Assembly: GCF_008831285.2 (NCBI RefSeq)
Contig: NC_045138.2
Location: 10,974,001-11,038,000, forward strand
Direction: 5' to 3'
Length of the DNA stretch: 64,000 bases
Source of the DNA: Nymphaea colorata
Taxonomy: Eukaryota
Shown here: in pieces, positions 1 through 13,127 of the stretch
Position numbering within the stretch: the first letter of the stretch is position 1
How the letters are laid out: every line of letters begins with the position of its first letter
Notes under the pieces: generated by a model
Seen by the model: only the letters and a program-made list of their open reading frames with translations
Databases searched by the model: none
What the model was told of the DNA's origin: nothing
Position numbers and translations under genes: made by a program

Positions 1-439
1 GTTTTGTCCTCAAGCATATAATTCCAAAATTCATCAACAAAAATCTCAAGATTGATGATGACAATACCCACAAAGTCCTAAAGAATCAACTTCCTGATCA
101 AGGAAAGGCAACAATCGTAGTGGTGACTCCACTCTTGTAACACCCATAGAAGCATATCCAACCTTGTCATGAAGACGACTCATGCTAAGTCATGGTAACA
201 AGGAAAGTAACCTCTAGATTTCATCAGTATGATGAATAACAAGACAAGAAATTCAGCAAGTAATCCCAACATGATTTTGAAGTCCTCTTTCTTGCAAGGT
301 GATGGTAAGTCATGAAATAATTCTTTAAATAAAGATCCATGTTATATAGACAAAATAACCTCTTTAGAAAATTTCTTATTGAAGCAAACTAGATTCAGGC
401 CTCCAAAAACCAGTCAATCATTTTCACAAAAAGAATCTT

Positions 440-3400
440 TTGGAAATGAGGATATTCTCACAAAGATGCATTATGTATCATCATCCAAGTCAATAACATA
501 ACCATGCCACATCTGTTGATTGATAGAAGAAGCAACTTAAATATTTGCCCTTATCTCACAGCCAAGACTTTGGGCTTACATGAAGACAAATACTGCTCCA
601 ATCAAACCATGATCTATGGATATGATGGTAGACGTATGTGCAACAAAGGAACCTTCATCATGGACATAATCATCAAATGCACCAGCTATTGTATTTCTTT
701 CCATGTAGTGGACGTACCCCCACCATACAACTTGCTCTTGAGATGTCCATGGATCCATGAAGTATGAGGAATCTCATCCACTCTCCGCCAATATATCAAG
801 TGGAATTATGGACCATTTGTTGTTACCATACATGCAGTGCACTTGGTCAAGAGGTGGGTACAACAATTGCTTGCTAGGCCAATTGTCTCCATGAATATAC
901 CCAACATAAGAAAAAAAAAAGAAGCATCTTTAGAGGATTGTATGCTGAGCATGGAGATAGGAAAATCATCTTAAGGTGCCTACACTATTTCGAGCGGTCG
1001 TCTGAACTATAAAAAACATCCATTGTATGTCCATTTCATGACATTAACATCAGAGCCAACGAAAATACAAAGGTCCTTCAAATTGGCACTAAAGAACAAA
1101 GAAAAAAGTTGGTAGATTTCCTTCTAAGCCACCAAGAAGCTTTTGCATGGACCTATGAAGATATGTCAGGCCTAGACCCCATGATGGTTTAATATCATTT
1201 GTCTCTAAGTCCTAATTGCAAGCCAGTGAAACAAAAACTACGCAAGTTTGATCCTAGATCGAATGGACCCATAACATAAGCATTTGAGGATTTACTAAAG
1301 GCCAAATTTATCCATACCTTTGTTTATCCTGAATGGTTGGACAACATTGTGGTTGTTCCAAAGAAGAATGACAAAGTTAGGTTATATATTGACTTTCGAG
1401 ACCTGAACAAAGCCATACCAAAAGATGATTATTCTCTTCTAAACATCAATTTTTTTGTAGATGATATTGCAGGTCATGTTATGTTCTCTTTTATGGATAA
1501 ATATTTAGAGTACAACCAAATCAAATTGGTAATCAAGGTTCAGCCCAAAACCTCATTTATCATGCCTTGGGGCTCTTTTTGTAACACAATAATGCCATTC
1601 AAATTAAAGAATGTTGGCAACTTATCAAAGAGTTATGGCTGCCATCTTCCATGATCAAATGCACAAAACCATGGATGCATATATTGATGACATCTTAATC
1701 AAATCTAAAGCAAGAGATGATCACATTGGAACTCTTGCCCAAGTATTTGAGTGACTCTTACAATACAAGTTTCGTTGAATCCCAAAAAATGTGTACTCAG
1801 GGTTGAATCTGGTAAGCTCCTAAGGTTCATGATTAGAAAAAGGAGAATAGAGATAGATCTTACCAAATCTAAAGCAATCATTGATATGCCACCACCCACT
1901 AATATCAAAGAACTATAGAGTTTGCAAGGGCAAATTCAATCTATTAGATTATTCAACTCTAATTTAGCCATGAGATGTAATCCATTGAATTAGTTGCTAA
2001 GGAAAGACATCAAATTTGAATGGCGATTTGAATGTCAACAATCATTAAAAAAGATCAAAATGTATCTCTTAAACTCACAATCCTAGAACACCTACTACTG
2101 GGGAGACAATTGCTATTTTACATGACAGTAAATGTATCAACATGTGGCAGTTTCTTGGTACAATACAAACAGGAAAGTCGCATTGAGCATGCAATATATT
2201 ATGTTAGCAAAACAATTGTCAAGTATGGAAAGAAGTATTCTCCCATAGAAAAAACTTGTCTAGCACCGTTTGGATGTATCAAAGGCTGCGACATTGTTAG
2301 TTTGCCTGTGATGTCAAAATACTCTCCTAGCTAATCCTCTTAAATATATCTTAAAACAATAATTCTTAATGAATGCATCACCAAATGACAAGTATTGTTA
2401 ATGCAATATGATCTAAAATATGTGTGTCAAAAGTTAATAAAAGGACAAGCGATAGCGGATCAGTTAGCAAAATTTTCCCAATGTAAAGAAATCAAAGCAG
2501 ACGATGAGTTCCCTAATGAGCATGTGTTAGAATTGGAAGTGGCACTAGTGTGGAAAATGTTCTTTGATGGATCTGGGAAAATGATGGGAGTAGGTATAGA
2601 CAATTTTCTTGTCACTTTGAAAGGTGAAATGATTTCATACTCTTTGAACCTCGACTTTCTATACACTCATAATATGATTGAATATGAGGCCCTCATAAAT
2701 GACTTTGTTTTTTGTTATGTTTCTAAGTAAAGAAAGCATATGTTTTAGCAATTCTCAGTTTGTTCTCAATCACGTGAATGAAGAATGGCAAGTTGAGAAA
2801 TTAGTGCCATATCATGTGTAGTTACTTTATTGATCTATCAGTATGAAGAAGTGCAGCTGGCTCATGTTAAAAAGGATATCAATGGGATGACCCCGTAAGC
2901 CTAAGATCCACTATCTCATTTCATGCTAATGAAGCAATCCATTCTTTTGAAATTAAAAAATTAGAACATTCTACTTTTAAAGCAATGGATCAAATTCATC
3001 ACATCCAAGAAGGGAAGATGCCCTAGTATCACAATATCAAGAGCTACATTGAGAATGAAAAATTCTTGACTGAAATGCCTAAGAAAGAACGTAAAGCAAT
3101 TTAGCGCATGCGAGTAAGATACTTTATTCTTGCAGGAGTACTATATAGACAAAGGTTTAACACCAGATATTCTTGATGTCTTGATGATGATGAATCCAAG
3201 GCAATCATTGACGATCCAGAAAACCAAGGAAATGGTTCATGTAGGATATTGTTGGACTGCTATAGAAAATTATTGTTACAAAATTCATCAAAAGATGCAA
3301 TAATGTTAGTTGCATGCCCCTAGAATCTGTGCACCAGCCTCCCACTTGCATTTAATAACATCTCCTAGGCCTTTTTTTAATGTGGACATCCCTTACAGCT

Positions 3401-4190
3401 TCTAACGACCACAAATATTTCATCACTGCAACAAACTATTTCACTAAGTGGGTAGAAGTTATCACTCTCAGGATAGTACAAGGGTGACATGTAGTGTCCT
3501 TCATTCACAAGAGTATTTTTTATAGATTCAAAATCTTACATGATATAGTATTTTATAACGACACTCACTTCAAAAATGAAAATATGAGGCAATTATACAG
3601 CATATACTATATCAAACATTATTTCTCAACTCCTTATTATCCTCAAGGTAATGGATAAGCATAAGCCACCAAAAAAATCTTGATCTGCATCTTGGAGCGA
3701 AGAGTAAAAACTAGACGAGATTGATACAAAAATATGCACAACGCTTTGTGGGCATATCACACCACTATGAGAACCCATACAAATTCCACCCTAGTGAGAA
3801 GTGGATTTATAGTTACACATATTAAAGCCTGCCTTCAAATTTGCTTCTCTTATAGAACTTCATCTAAATCTATACCAACAAAAGAAATTGATGCAACTCG
3901 ATTTGTTGGATGAAAAGAGGCTCAAAACGGCTGAACATGTAGCATATTGTCAAAGGGTAGATAGATAGTTCGCCAAGTCAGTTATAGAGAGACACTTCAA
4001 AGTAAATGACCTAGTTCTACGATCTGTGGTATATCTTAGAAGACAACCATGTAGCAAGTGGGTGCAAATTGGGAACACATGTATGTTGTTAAGGAAGTCT
4101 TGCCCAACAACTCATACAAATCGATTGATGCTGGAGGGGTGGAACTCACCAATCTATTAATACTCTTCACCTTAACAATTGTATAGTTAG
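440..4190 (+). pseudogene. Disrupted gypsy pol (protease, RT, RNase H, additional RNase H, integrase)
   Basis: Protease fragment LLIDRRSNLNI...YNLLLRCPWIH (504-767). RT fragment NIVVVPKKNDKVRLYIDFRDLNKAIPKDDY...MPFKLKN (1337-1654) and YIDD (about 1680). RNase H EHAIYYVSK...YSPIEKTCLA (2032-2334). Additional RNase H IKGQAIADQLA...WKMFFDGS...NMIEYEAL (2395-2730). Integrase NYFTKWVE and FSTPYYPQGNG (about 3430-3660). Many stops and frameshifts. Confidence 0.92.
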
Positions 4191-4345
4191 TTCTTTTGCA
4201 TTCATTTTTCAATCAATGACAAATACTTTTGTCCTTTATGACTTGTCTCTTATCCTTTTAGATTTTCCTCATTTGTAAGAAAATAAGGTACACTGGGGCA
4301 TTTTTTTTAAAATACTTTTTGATACTACCATTAAAAATCTAAAAG

Positions 4346-4505
4346 CAACCCGTGTAGGTAAAGGAGTTAAACCTACAATTTAAGCCAAAACAACCTACTC
4401 AGGTGAGGGGCTAAGCCTAAATTCAATATTGGCAAACCCATGCAGGCGAAAGGTTAAACCTGAAACAAGCTCAAATAGCCCATTCAGGTAAGGGTTAAGT
4501 CTGAG
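4346..4505 (+). repeat. About 4 degenerate 43-45 bp tandem repeats in the retroelement 3' UTR
   Basis: Units resembling AACCCATGCAGGTAAGGGTTAAACCT at about 4347, 4392, 4435 and 4477. Confidence 0.7.
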
Positions 4506-4740
4506 ATGTCATTCCAAACATGTTTTTTATTTCAAAATTTGGGTGCTTATCTTTGCCACTAATCGTGGCATACACTGGCTTAGTGACAAATAGGGGCATC
4601 TGTTATCACCCTGATTTTTTTCTAAAAGATTGTACTCAACTTATTCAAACAAATTTCAGTAATTTTAATTGATTTTTGCTTAGATTTAGTAGTCAATTTG
4701 GATCTAATTTCAGACCTTTGGCCCAAGTCACTCCAAAATG

Positions 4741-5050
4741 ACCTCAAGATCCATATCCAAATCCAAATCTCGACCCTAGATCTAAAACAAACCTCTAGAT
4801 CTATGTCCAAATTTAAATCTCAGACCTAGAACCAAAACAATCCTCAAGATCCATATCCAAATCCAAGTCTCAACCATAGATCTACAATATACCTCTAGAT
4901 CCATGTCCCAATCTCAGTCCCAACCTTAGATCTAAAACAGACCTTTAGATCTATATCTGAATCCTAATGCAGGCTTTACACCAAAAATCCAACCTTAGAT
5001 CTATATTTAGATCCAAAGCCAAGCCCTAGATCCAAAATTTACTACTGATC
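4741..5050 (+). repeat. About 50-bp GATC-rich tandem subrepeats inside the LTR
   Basis: CCTCAAGATCC / CCTCTAGATCT-type units at about 4743, 4793, 4842, 4892 and 4943, alternating as a roughly 100-bp dimer. Confidence 0.75.
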
Positions 5051-5856
5051 CAAAATACAAAGCCAAAGTCTGTAATCGAACACAAAAGGCAAAATCAAGT
5101 CCAAATTAGGAAAGTAGATCTAGAAAACAGCTTGCGGGTCCAAATTAGACCCACAACCAAAATTTAGATTCAAATTAAAATTTTTAATTCAAATATAAAG
5201 TTGAGGCTAAAATATCAAGTTTTGACACTATTTAGCTATACATGTGCGCATGCAAGCCTCCCCTTCATTTTTCAACCAAACCTTATGTTGAAAATTTTGA
5301 AATGTGTTTTGAGCCCAAAACACTTGTCTAACTCTTGATCCGAGCCTTGGGCACAATCGAAACGCTTCTCTGACCAAGCAAACCTGATCTGGACAAGCCC
5401 ATAAGCACCCAAAACAAAGCCAGATATACCTTAATCAAAAGACTATATTGCCCTTCAAAATTTTACCTTTAAAAAAAATTTAAGTTTTTTTAGGTGGGAC
5501 CCACCTAAGGAAGCAAAAGCCAACCCCATTGGCCCATTTTTGGGACCACAGGGTGGCATTTTGCCCCCTTTTGTGCATGCTTGCTGCATTGCTGAGCGCC
5601 TTGGCCATGCAGCACATGGTGCTCTGTCTAGTGTGCACTATTGCGACAGCTAGGTGCTGCCGTGCCAGACGCACGTGAATTGAGACAGGGCCTGCTTCCC
5701 TAGCAGACCCTGGTGAGTGGACATTAGCCCTCCCAACACCCTTTTGCCAAGACCTAGAAATAAAAAAGAATTGAAATAATTCAAAATTTTGAAATTCAAG
5801 TGAAAATCTTGGAAAGTTAAAAAAATAAATTTTTGAGATTTGGCTCCAAAGCTCTT

Positions 5857-5864
5857 TATAAATA
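5857..5864 (+). promoter_or_regulatory. Putative LTR TATA box
   Basis: TATAAATA followed by a CT-rich leader; TATAAAT is conserved at the equivalent position of the solo LTR (55219-55225). Confidence 0.6.
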
Positions 5865-6847
5865 TTGCCCAAATCTTTATTCTTTGGTATGAGCTAACCT
5901 TTGAAGAACTTCTAAAGCTCTCCCACTTGAAGTGTAGGGGTTTTCCCCTTAGCACTCTTTCCAATTCTCTTCTCTTCCCTCTTCTTGCATCTCCTTCTTC
6001 AACCTTAGGTGTTAATCTTTTCCTAAACTTCCATTCTTCAAGGAAGCATGAGAAGAACTGTTGGAGAATGTCATCAACACCTTGGAGTCTCACTTGAAAG
6101 GGAACGTGATCGTTAGGGATAGAAGATTCATCTTTCTTCAACCGCTTTGTTAGAATTATGTAGCCATCTCCCTATGACCATGCAAGAGAGCTCTAAAATT
6201 TTGTCCTCGGAGTCAAGAGCTACTCTTGAGTGCACAAAAAGCATGAGCAACGTGAAAGAAATTTCACTCTTTATGCCTGCAATATGTTTATTTGTTTTCT
6301 TTTCTCAAGAATGTGTGTATTGTTTACATTTATGATAATATTCATAATTGCTTAATTTTTTATTAAAATGTGAATGAACAGTAAGAATGAGAGCTTGGGA
6401 CGGAATTCATTTTTTTATCATATTAATTTTTGAGGCTGGGACTTGTCCAACCCAAAAAAATCCTTACGAATATGTACATGTTAACATGCACTTTCAAGAC
6501 ATTTCTACACTTAGTATTGATTATTTTTCTTATTCACTCAATTAGTGAGCCCAAGAAGAGTTCCCTTACCTTATTAACTTTTCATTTCAGTTTTATTTGG
6601 TTTTCTCCTATACCCAATGGTCGGAGATCTAGCCTAGGCTCTTTCATGAGCCCAAGTTTCTCTCTAGACTACATAAAAAGATTAAAGTCGAAAACTTCCA
6701 AAATTATCTCTCATTCTTAATTTTCATACACACACACACACATATATTCATATATGCATATTTGTATATATTTCCTTATTTGGTAAAGTCTCTTTCTCCA
6801 TTTCCCTCTTTTTCTTTGAGTTAAGATAGTCTTTATATATATATATA

Positions 6848-6850
<3 letters not shown>

Positions 6851-6904
<54 letters not shown>

Positions 6905-6914
6905 GTGCGTGTGT
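6851..6914. repeat. (GT)n microsatellite within the LTR
   Basis: Direct reading; flanked by (TA)n, (CA)n and (CT)n runs between about 6720 and 7100. Confidence 0.95.
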
Positions 6915-8582
6915 ATTTTTGTTTCTCTAAAATCTCTTTCTCTCTCTCTTTAACTTAAAAATCTCTCTTTTGTATATACTATATATAGATATATATATCC
7001 CTCTCTCTCTCTCCTTGACTTCCATATATACCAATATATAATTTTTTTTCTCTTTTTCTTTCTTTCTTTTTTATCTCCTTCTCTTCTAAATCTCTCTTTT
7101 CTAAGACCTAAAATTTTCATTTGTCGACTTCAATAAGACCAAAACTCAAGTGATGCATCCAATTATATCTATGCTTTATGGTCTACAATCCCACCCCACT
7201 TTCAAACAAATTTTTTTTTAAACAAGAGTATTTTGATAGAATGGTAGATGACACATAATCTAATGTATAAAAATCTAGATGTATGTAATGATAGAAAGCT
7301 CTTAAATAAATGTTATGGTAGGAATGAACCAATTATTTTCAAACATATAAAATCAATGCATTCATACATTCACAATCACTTATGAAATTCATGAATGAAC
7401 ATGCACCTCTCTAGAGAACTTGAGCAAGATGAGGTATAGTTATAGCTAGGTAGTAACCAAATTAGAGCAATACCTCAAACCTACTTAAGACACTAAATTG
7501 ATTTCTAAAGGAGGTCCTCAAAATTATTGACTTTCTAATAAAAGATCTGCTGGCTGTCAAAGTTTTTCAAACACTATTTGCAAAAATTTCTAAAATCTCT
7601 CAAATCGAAATGGTTTATTTCCTTAAATAGTACTTGAAAAGTTTTTCATCCAAAAAGTCCATGAGATATCAATTCTTAAAAACTTTTTCCATGCACCATA
7701 CCACATTTAGCTAAAGAAGATGTTCAACTAAAAATAAAATACATCATGAATGAATAAATGCATCAAGAATGAACATAGCCCTTGGATTAGTTACCCCCAG
7801 TAAAAGCACCAGGAATGGCCAATCTTCGTACTGTGGACAAGTCCCTCTTTTTCTATAAAATTTATTTTTCTGAAGCATTCCAAAAGCCAAAACAAATTTT
7901 GAGGTGCCAAACATGATGCACTGAAAATGGATGAGGCATGGGAAACAAACCAAGGGCTGGAGATCCCAAGAGGATGTTAAACCTATTGTTATAGAGTGGA
8001 GCCCACCATCATAGGGCTTGGGTTGGGTGGCACAAGAGCCCAGATCCCTTGAGGAGTGTGGGTCATTGATGGAAATGCTCCCATCTAGACAATTATGGCC
8101 AGCCCACCCCAGTATGCTCATCGTGTGTAGAGTGTCAGACATGTTACTGCATAGCATTGGTACAACTGAACTCAACCAAATTATGTTGGGGTCATGGATT
8201 TCCCTACCAAATTCCATCCTTAGTGACGTGGGTGTTTGTTTAGAGCATAAGTTACACAATGGTCTACCCTGAATTACCTAATGAGATGGGAGGTGCCTCC
8301 GACTTGCTTAGGAAATGTGGTTGTTTGTGTTGAACTAGTATTGCTGCATTGGGCATGAGATTGTCTAGCTGGTTGCAGTTGCACCGCACATGCAGTCTCA
8401 AGCAAGGGAAACAATTCATCGTGTAAATCTGACTTGCCCCTTGACATTAGGCAGGGCCTCTTTTTTTCTCTTTTAAAGTCTTTTGAATTTATCTATTTTT
8501 AAGTACTTGCTGCTATATGAGTGCATTCATGGTGTGGATCTCATGTTTGAACACAATAATAGATCTTGGGGAGCGGCTGTCA

Positions 8583-11470
8583 CTAAGGGAAACCATGTCT
8601 CATTTTTGTTCGATATCTTACAACTGGTACCATGTTTTATGACATCTCACATAACTATGCACTTGTTAATGGTATTTTAATCAATTTTTCGATATACAAA
8701 TCTCATATTATGACACTATTGTAGAATAGAGCATATTACTGTATAGGACAGTCTCATGCCAATTACATGACAAAGGAAATTTTCACATTCACCCTTCCAT
8801 CCTTCCATTAGACGACACTATGGGTTTCCGACATGCATCACGATAGCGTCACTATAGACTGGTATGAAAGCTACCCATGTGGATGACTATGAACGAGTTT
8901 TCTTCATGTTCACACACCTGCTAGGTAAGTATAGACACCCTAAATTTCTCACAAGTCAAAATGACTGTTTTGCCTTTACAATATGATTCAAACTAGTTTT
9001 CACAGCAGAATTTCAATAGTTGGGGCCATTTACCATAATGAAACTCCAAGAACCTCATTTTGGAACTAGGAACTTGGACCAAGATCACCTATGTTATCAT
9101 TTGCTTGAAAATGTCTATTTTGCTCCTATGACCAGCCATTTTTAGCACAAAATCAAGATTTTTACCTAAGAAGGCCAATAATTGCCTAATAGTTGAGCAA
9201 CTAGAACAATTCACACATTTACAAGTGTAAGGACTTCAAAATTTTCTATCATATCAAATGATTATTTTACCCCTAAATGTCAAAAAATCTGAGAAACCCT
9301 GATAGTGATTTAGCATGAATTCAAATAGGGTGATTCTTAGCTTAGCAAGTCAGAGGATAGTTGAAATCAGTTCACTAGTTCTTTGACCACCTTAAGCCAA
9401 CAGATCATAGCTCAAGTAAGCTTATCAGAACATAAAACTGCAATTTTTAGCTTGACCGTGTACCCTTAATTCCAACTAATTTCAGGATAGGTAGATTTTA
9501 GTAGAAAGAATTATTTCACTTACTTGAGTTACCATGACCAAATTTCAATCTTAAAGTAACTTGCAGGTTTTCATACTTTGAGTTACCATGACCCAATTTC
9601 AAGGGTTTGAGTTGAATTTGAATCATGCATAAATCTATCTCTCTTTAGTTCAATTTGAGTTCACTCATCTCCTTTTGAGTTCAATTTAGTTTCAAAAGCT
9701 CTCAAGCTCCCTCTCTCTTCTGCTTTAGAAGATTGAGCTAAATTTGAGCTCAACCCGATAGAGTGAGTTGAAACTGAGCTAGGATCATGTTTATAATGTA
9801 TAAATATGTCTCTCTTTAGTTCAATTTGAGTTCACTCATCTCCTTTTGAGTTCAACTTAGTTTCAAAGGTTTTGAAGCTCCCTCTCTCTTCTGCTTTTAG
9901 GAGTTTGAGCTAAATTTGAGCTCAACCTGGTAGAGTGAGTTGAAACTTATTCGGATCATGTTTATTATGTATAAATAAATCTTTCTTTAGTTCAGTTTGA
10001 GTTCATTCATACTTGTTTGAGTTTATGAAGGTTCCAAATCTCACCGTCTCTCATATTTTCAAGGGTTTGATGTAAAGTTGAGTTCAACTCGATAGAGTAA
10101 GCTAAAACCGAGCTAGGTTCATGTTTATCGTGTATAAATTTTTCCTTTGTTCGGTATAAGTTCATTCATTCCAGTTTGAGTTTAATTCAGTTCTGAAGGA
10201 ACTGGAGAACACTCTTTCTCCTGTTTTTTGGAGGCCTAAGCTGAATTTGAACTCAAAAACCAAGTTAAGATCTTGTCTATCATTTATAAATCAATTTTTT
10301 CTTAGTTTGGATTGAGTTCATTCATCTCAATTTGAGTTCAATTCAGTCTCAAAGGTTCTATAGCTCATACCTAGTACTTGCTACATTTTTTAAACAACTG
10401 TTGAGCTCAATTAAGCTAAATCAGATAAAAAATTACAATTTTTTGTAGTATATATCCTTATCGATAAGTGGTTGATCTAACCACCCCTAGCTCCACTAGA
10501 AAACATTTCGACGATGATCTAATTTTTAAATCCCTCCTCAGATTGCCCTTATAAATATGACACTTATAAGTTTTAGAACAATTGATTTTTAGAACAATCC
10601 GAGAGAAAATTTTCAGTAAAAATTTAACCAAAGACGAGCTAGAACTAGGCCCACAAGCTGGTGTAATCAGCACAAGAAAACTTATCTACAACTTTGAATT
10701 TACCACAAGGGTAAAATGGTTATTTTCTTTTGAGTCATATTCTTTTGCATAAACATAGGGCAATGCCTCATACACCTTAGTTTATGGTTTTATTTGATTC
10801 CCAAAGCTTTAGCCCAAGGCAAATCCATGATTTGAGCATGTTTGAATCCAAGATCATACCAAAGGGTACAATAATCATTTTCTTCTAATCCACAATTTTT
10901 TCACTTGAACATAGAATTATATGTGTCATATATCTTAAGTTTATCAAGCCTATTTTTTTCATATCTTTAGAGCTCTAGTTTGAAATCCTTTCCTCATTTC
11001 AACAACATAACAAATGATCCAAATGTTCAAGGGTGAAATAGACGTTCTTTTCAAATCTCTTACCCATACCTAAGGGTAAAACAACCATTCCATCTTTAAT
11101 AATATCATTATACACCATGCTTTTTATGTCACATATACCGAAGTTCATAATACTTGGAGTATCAATTATAATCTCCTCATCCACTTTTTTTAGATCCTTG
11201 AATTATTGTCATCCATTTCTTTTGTTTAGAATTCTAATGCAAAACTCCTACCACATCTAAAATCAATTTTCTGTGACTTTCTGTAGATTCGAACCTCAGA
11301 ACCATACTCAAAATCCATTTTCTGGAACTTTCTCAAGATTCAGACCTTGATCTGGATCTTAGATCCATGTCCATGTCCATTGTCTAGATTTTTTTCTAGA
11401 TTCGGATCAAGATCTAATCTTGGAACCATATCTCAATCCAAGATCCAAATCTATAAATGTAAGTATATAA
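8583..11470. mobile_element. Decayed LTR-like repeat, same family as about 38000-39657
   Basis: Shared blocks: CAAGGGTAAAATGGTTATTTT (about 10706) vs CAAGGGAAAAATTGTTATTTT (38521), and ATTTTCTGGAACTTTCTCAAGATTCAGACCTTG (about 11317) vs ATTTTCTAGAACTTTCTTAGGATCCAAACCTTG (about 38933). No coding domains or TSD found. Confidence 0.45.
9625..10370 (+). repeat. About 171-bp tandem repeat, about 4.5 copies
   Basis: CTCTTTAGTTCAATTTGAGTTCACTCATCTCC at 9641 and 9812 (period 171), with more diverged copies near 9983, 10144 and 10300. Confidence 0.88.
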
Positions 11471-12204
11471 GAAAAATGTTGTGCATGATCTTGTATACTA
11501 TGCCAGACGTCAACCAAACAATTGCTCATAAAATGTAAAAAATTCTCTACTGATTAATATTGTTCAGAAAGAATCAAATTTGGTTTTCATATTGCTCGTG
11601 AATAAATATTTTTTGTTTGACATGTAATATAATATATGGTTTGATGTGTGCTTTCTCTTCATTATATTTGCGTCTAGCTTTCACTGCATGCAACATGTGA
11701 GCATGAACAATTGCTCATGAATCATTCAGAAGTATGTAAAGATAAGCTTCATCTAGACAAAATTGATTTTCATGAAGATTTATTTGGTTCCGAAATGAGC
11801 AAACTATGGTAAAACTACAAGTTTCAAAACATAGTTTTTTTTTTTTGTGCCACATAAGGGGAGCAGAAATTTAAATGCCAAAAGTTTAGTTTTGTATTGA
11901 AAGTTTTAGAGGAGTTCTTCTCTCTCCTCACACTATAAAAAGGGATGTCCCCTCCCTTTGAAGTATACCCATCTTCTTTGATAAATTCTAACTAAATTCT
12001 TGGAAAAACTCAAGGAGAGGAAAATTTATAAGGTCTAAGTTTAGGCTTGATTTGGGCCACAATAGGAGGCAATCAAGCTAATTGACTAAGGCCGGAAAGT
12101 GTAAGCTAAGGTCGTGGGTCAGCCAAGCGCATGTCAGATAAATTTCTTTTTCCCTCTTATTTTTTCTTTTTGCATTTTAATTATTACTTTTTTATTTTCT
12201 TAGA

Positions 12205-12400
12205 TAGCATGCTTTAGGTTTTTCTTTTTCTGCTTAGCATGTTTAGGTTAGTTTTTTTGCTTTGCATGCTTAGTTTAGTTTATTTTCATTTGATGCTTAG
12301 TTTAGCTTATTTTTGTTTTAATCCTTAGGTTAGTTTATTTTCATTGTAGTGCCTAGGTTATTTTAATTTCTACTAAGCATGTTGTATTTTAGCTATTTTC
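12205..12400 (+). repeat. About 29-bp degenerate T-rich tandem repeat downstream of an LTR-like TATA/CT-rich segment
   Basis: Recurrent GCATGCTTAG(G/T)TTAGTTT units; CTATAAAAAGGG at about 11934. Confidence 0.6.
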
Positions 12401-12479
12401 TACTTTCTAGATAGATCTAATTTAAATGTCTCCTAGGTTAGGGACATGGGGCTATATTTATCGTGTTTCATATATATTT

Positions 12480-13125
12480 AACCTAATGAGATTAACTTGA
12501 AATTCAACCTATAGCGATTTATTTGAATGATTGTAATCACAATTACATAATGAAACATATGGAATCTAAGTCGTTCATCTGTTGTATAATGATATTAACT
12601 TGTGATTATGTCAATAACATTACAACTATAGCTTTTGATTGAAATGATCAGAATCACAAGTACATGATATGAATGAAATCAAAGTCCTTCAATTACACAA
12701 TTATAGTTCATCTAATGATATTAACTTGAAATCACATTTATAAAGATTCATTTATGATTGTAATCACATATACATAATGGTATGAACACAATCTAAATCC
12801 TTCAATAGCACAATTATAGTTCGTCTAATGAGATTTACTTGTAATTATATCTATATAAATTTATTCAAATAATTGCAATTATAAGTACATAATGATATGA
12901 ATGAAAGTTTGTTCTTCTAATTGCACAATTGTAATTTGTTTGAAGATATTGACATATAAGTACATACATAGCGATTAATTTTAACGATTGTAATCACAAG
13001 TACATTATGATAGGAACAAAATTTAAGCCTTCTGTTGGGCAATTGCAGTTCATCTAATGATATTAACTTGCAGTTACACTTATAGGTATTCATTTGAATG
13101 ATTATAATCACAAACACATATATCA
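12480..13125 (+). repeat. 115-bp tandem repeat, block A (about 5-6 monomers, forward)
   Basis: Matches by-eye consensus GATTCATTTAAATGATTGTAATCACAAGTACATAATGATATGAATGAGATTTAGGTCCTTCATTTGCACAATTGTAGTTCATCTAATGAGATTAACTTGTAATTACATCTATAGA. Confidence 0.9.
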
Positions 13126-13127
13126 TA

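Larger units (their letters stand above)
1..7913 (+). mobile_element. Ty3/gypsy LTR retrotransposon, Tat/Ogre-type, decayed; 5' end lies outside the window
   Basis: Domain order is protease, RT, RNase H, additional RNase H, integrase; then a 3' UTR with tandem repeats, a PPT-like AAATAGGGGCATC (4588-4600) and a long TG...CA LTR. An extra RNase H between RNase H and integrase is characteristic of the Tat/Ogre lineages. Confidence 0.9.
4601..7913 (+). repeat. 3' LTR of the Tat/Ogre element (about 3.3 kb)
   Basis: Starts TGTTATCACCC right after the PPT and ends GTGCCAAACA. Collinear homology with 54392-57248 (e.g. TTTGGCTCCAAA...TATAAAT; GAACTTGAGCAAGATGAG; CATAGCCCTTGGATT) stops at this point. 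Confidence 0.85.

Noticed and set aside
5480..6720. Several 60-160 aa ORFs
   Set aside because: They lie inside the LTR, mostly use non-ATG starts and show no domain features.
7744..8272. 171-aa and 84-aa ORFs
   Set aside because: The longer one straddles the LTR end; neither shows protein-family motifs.
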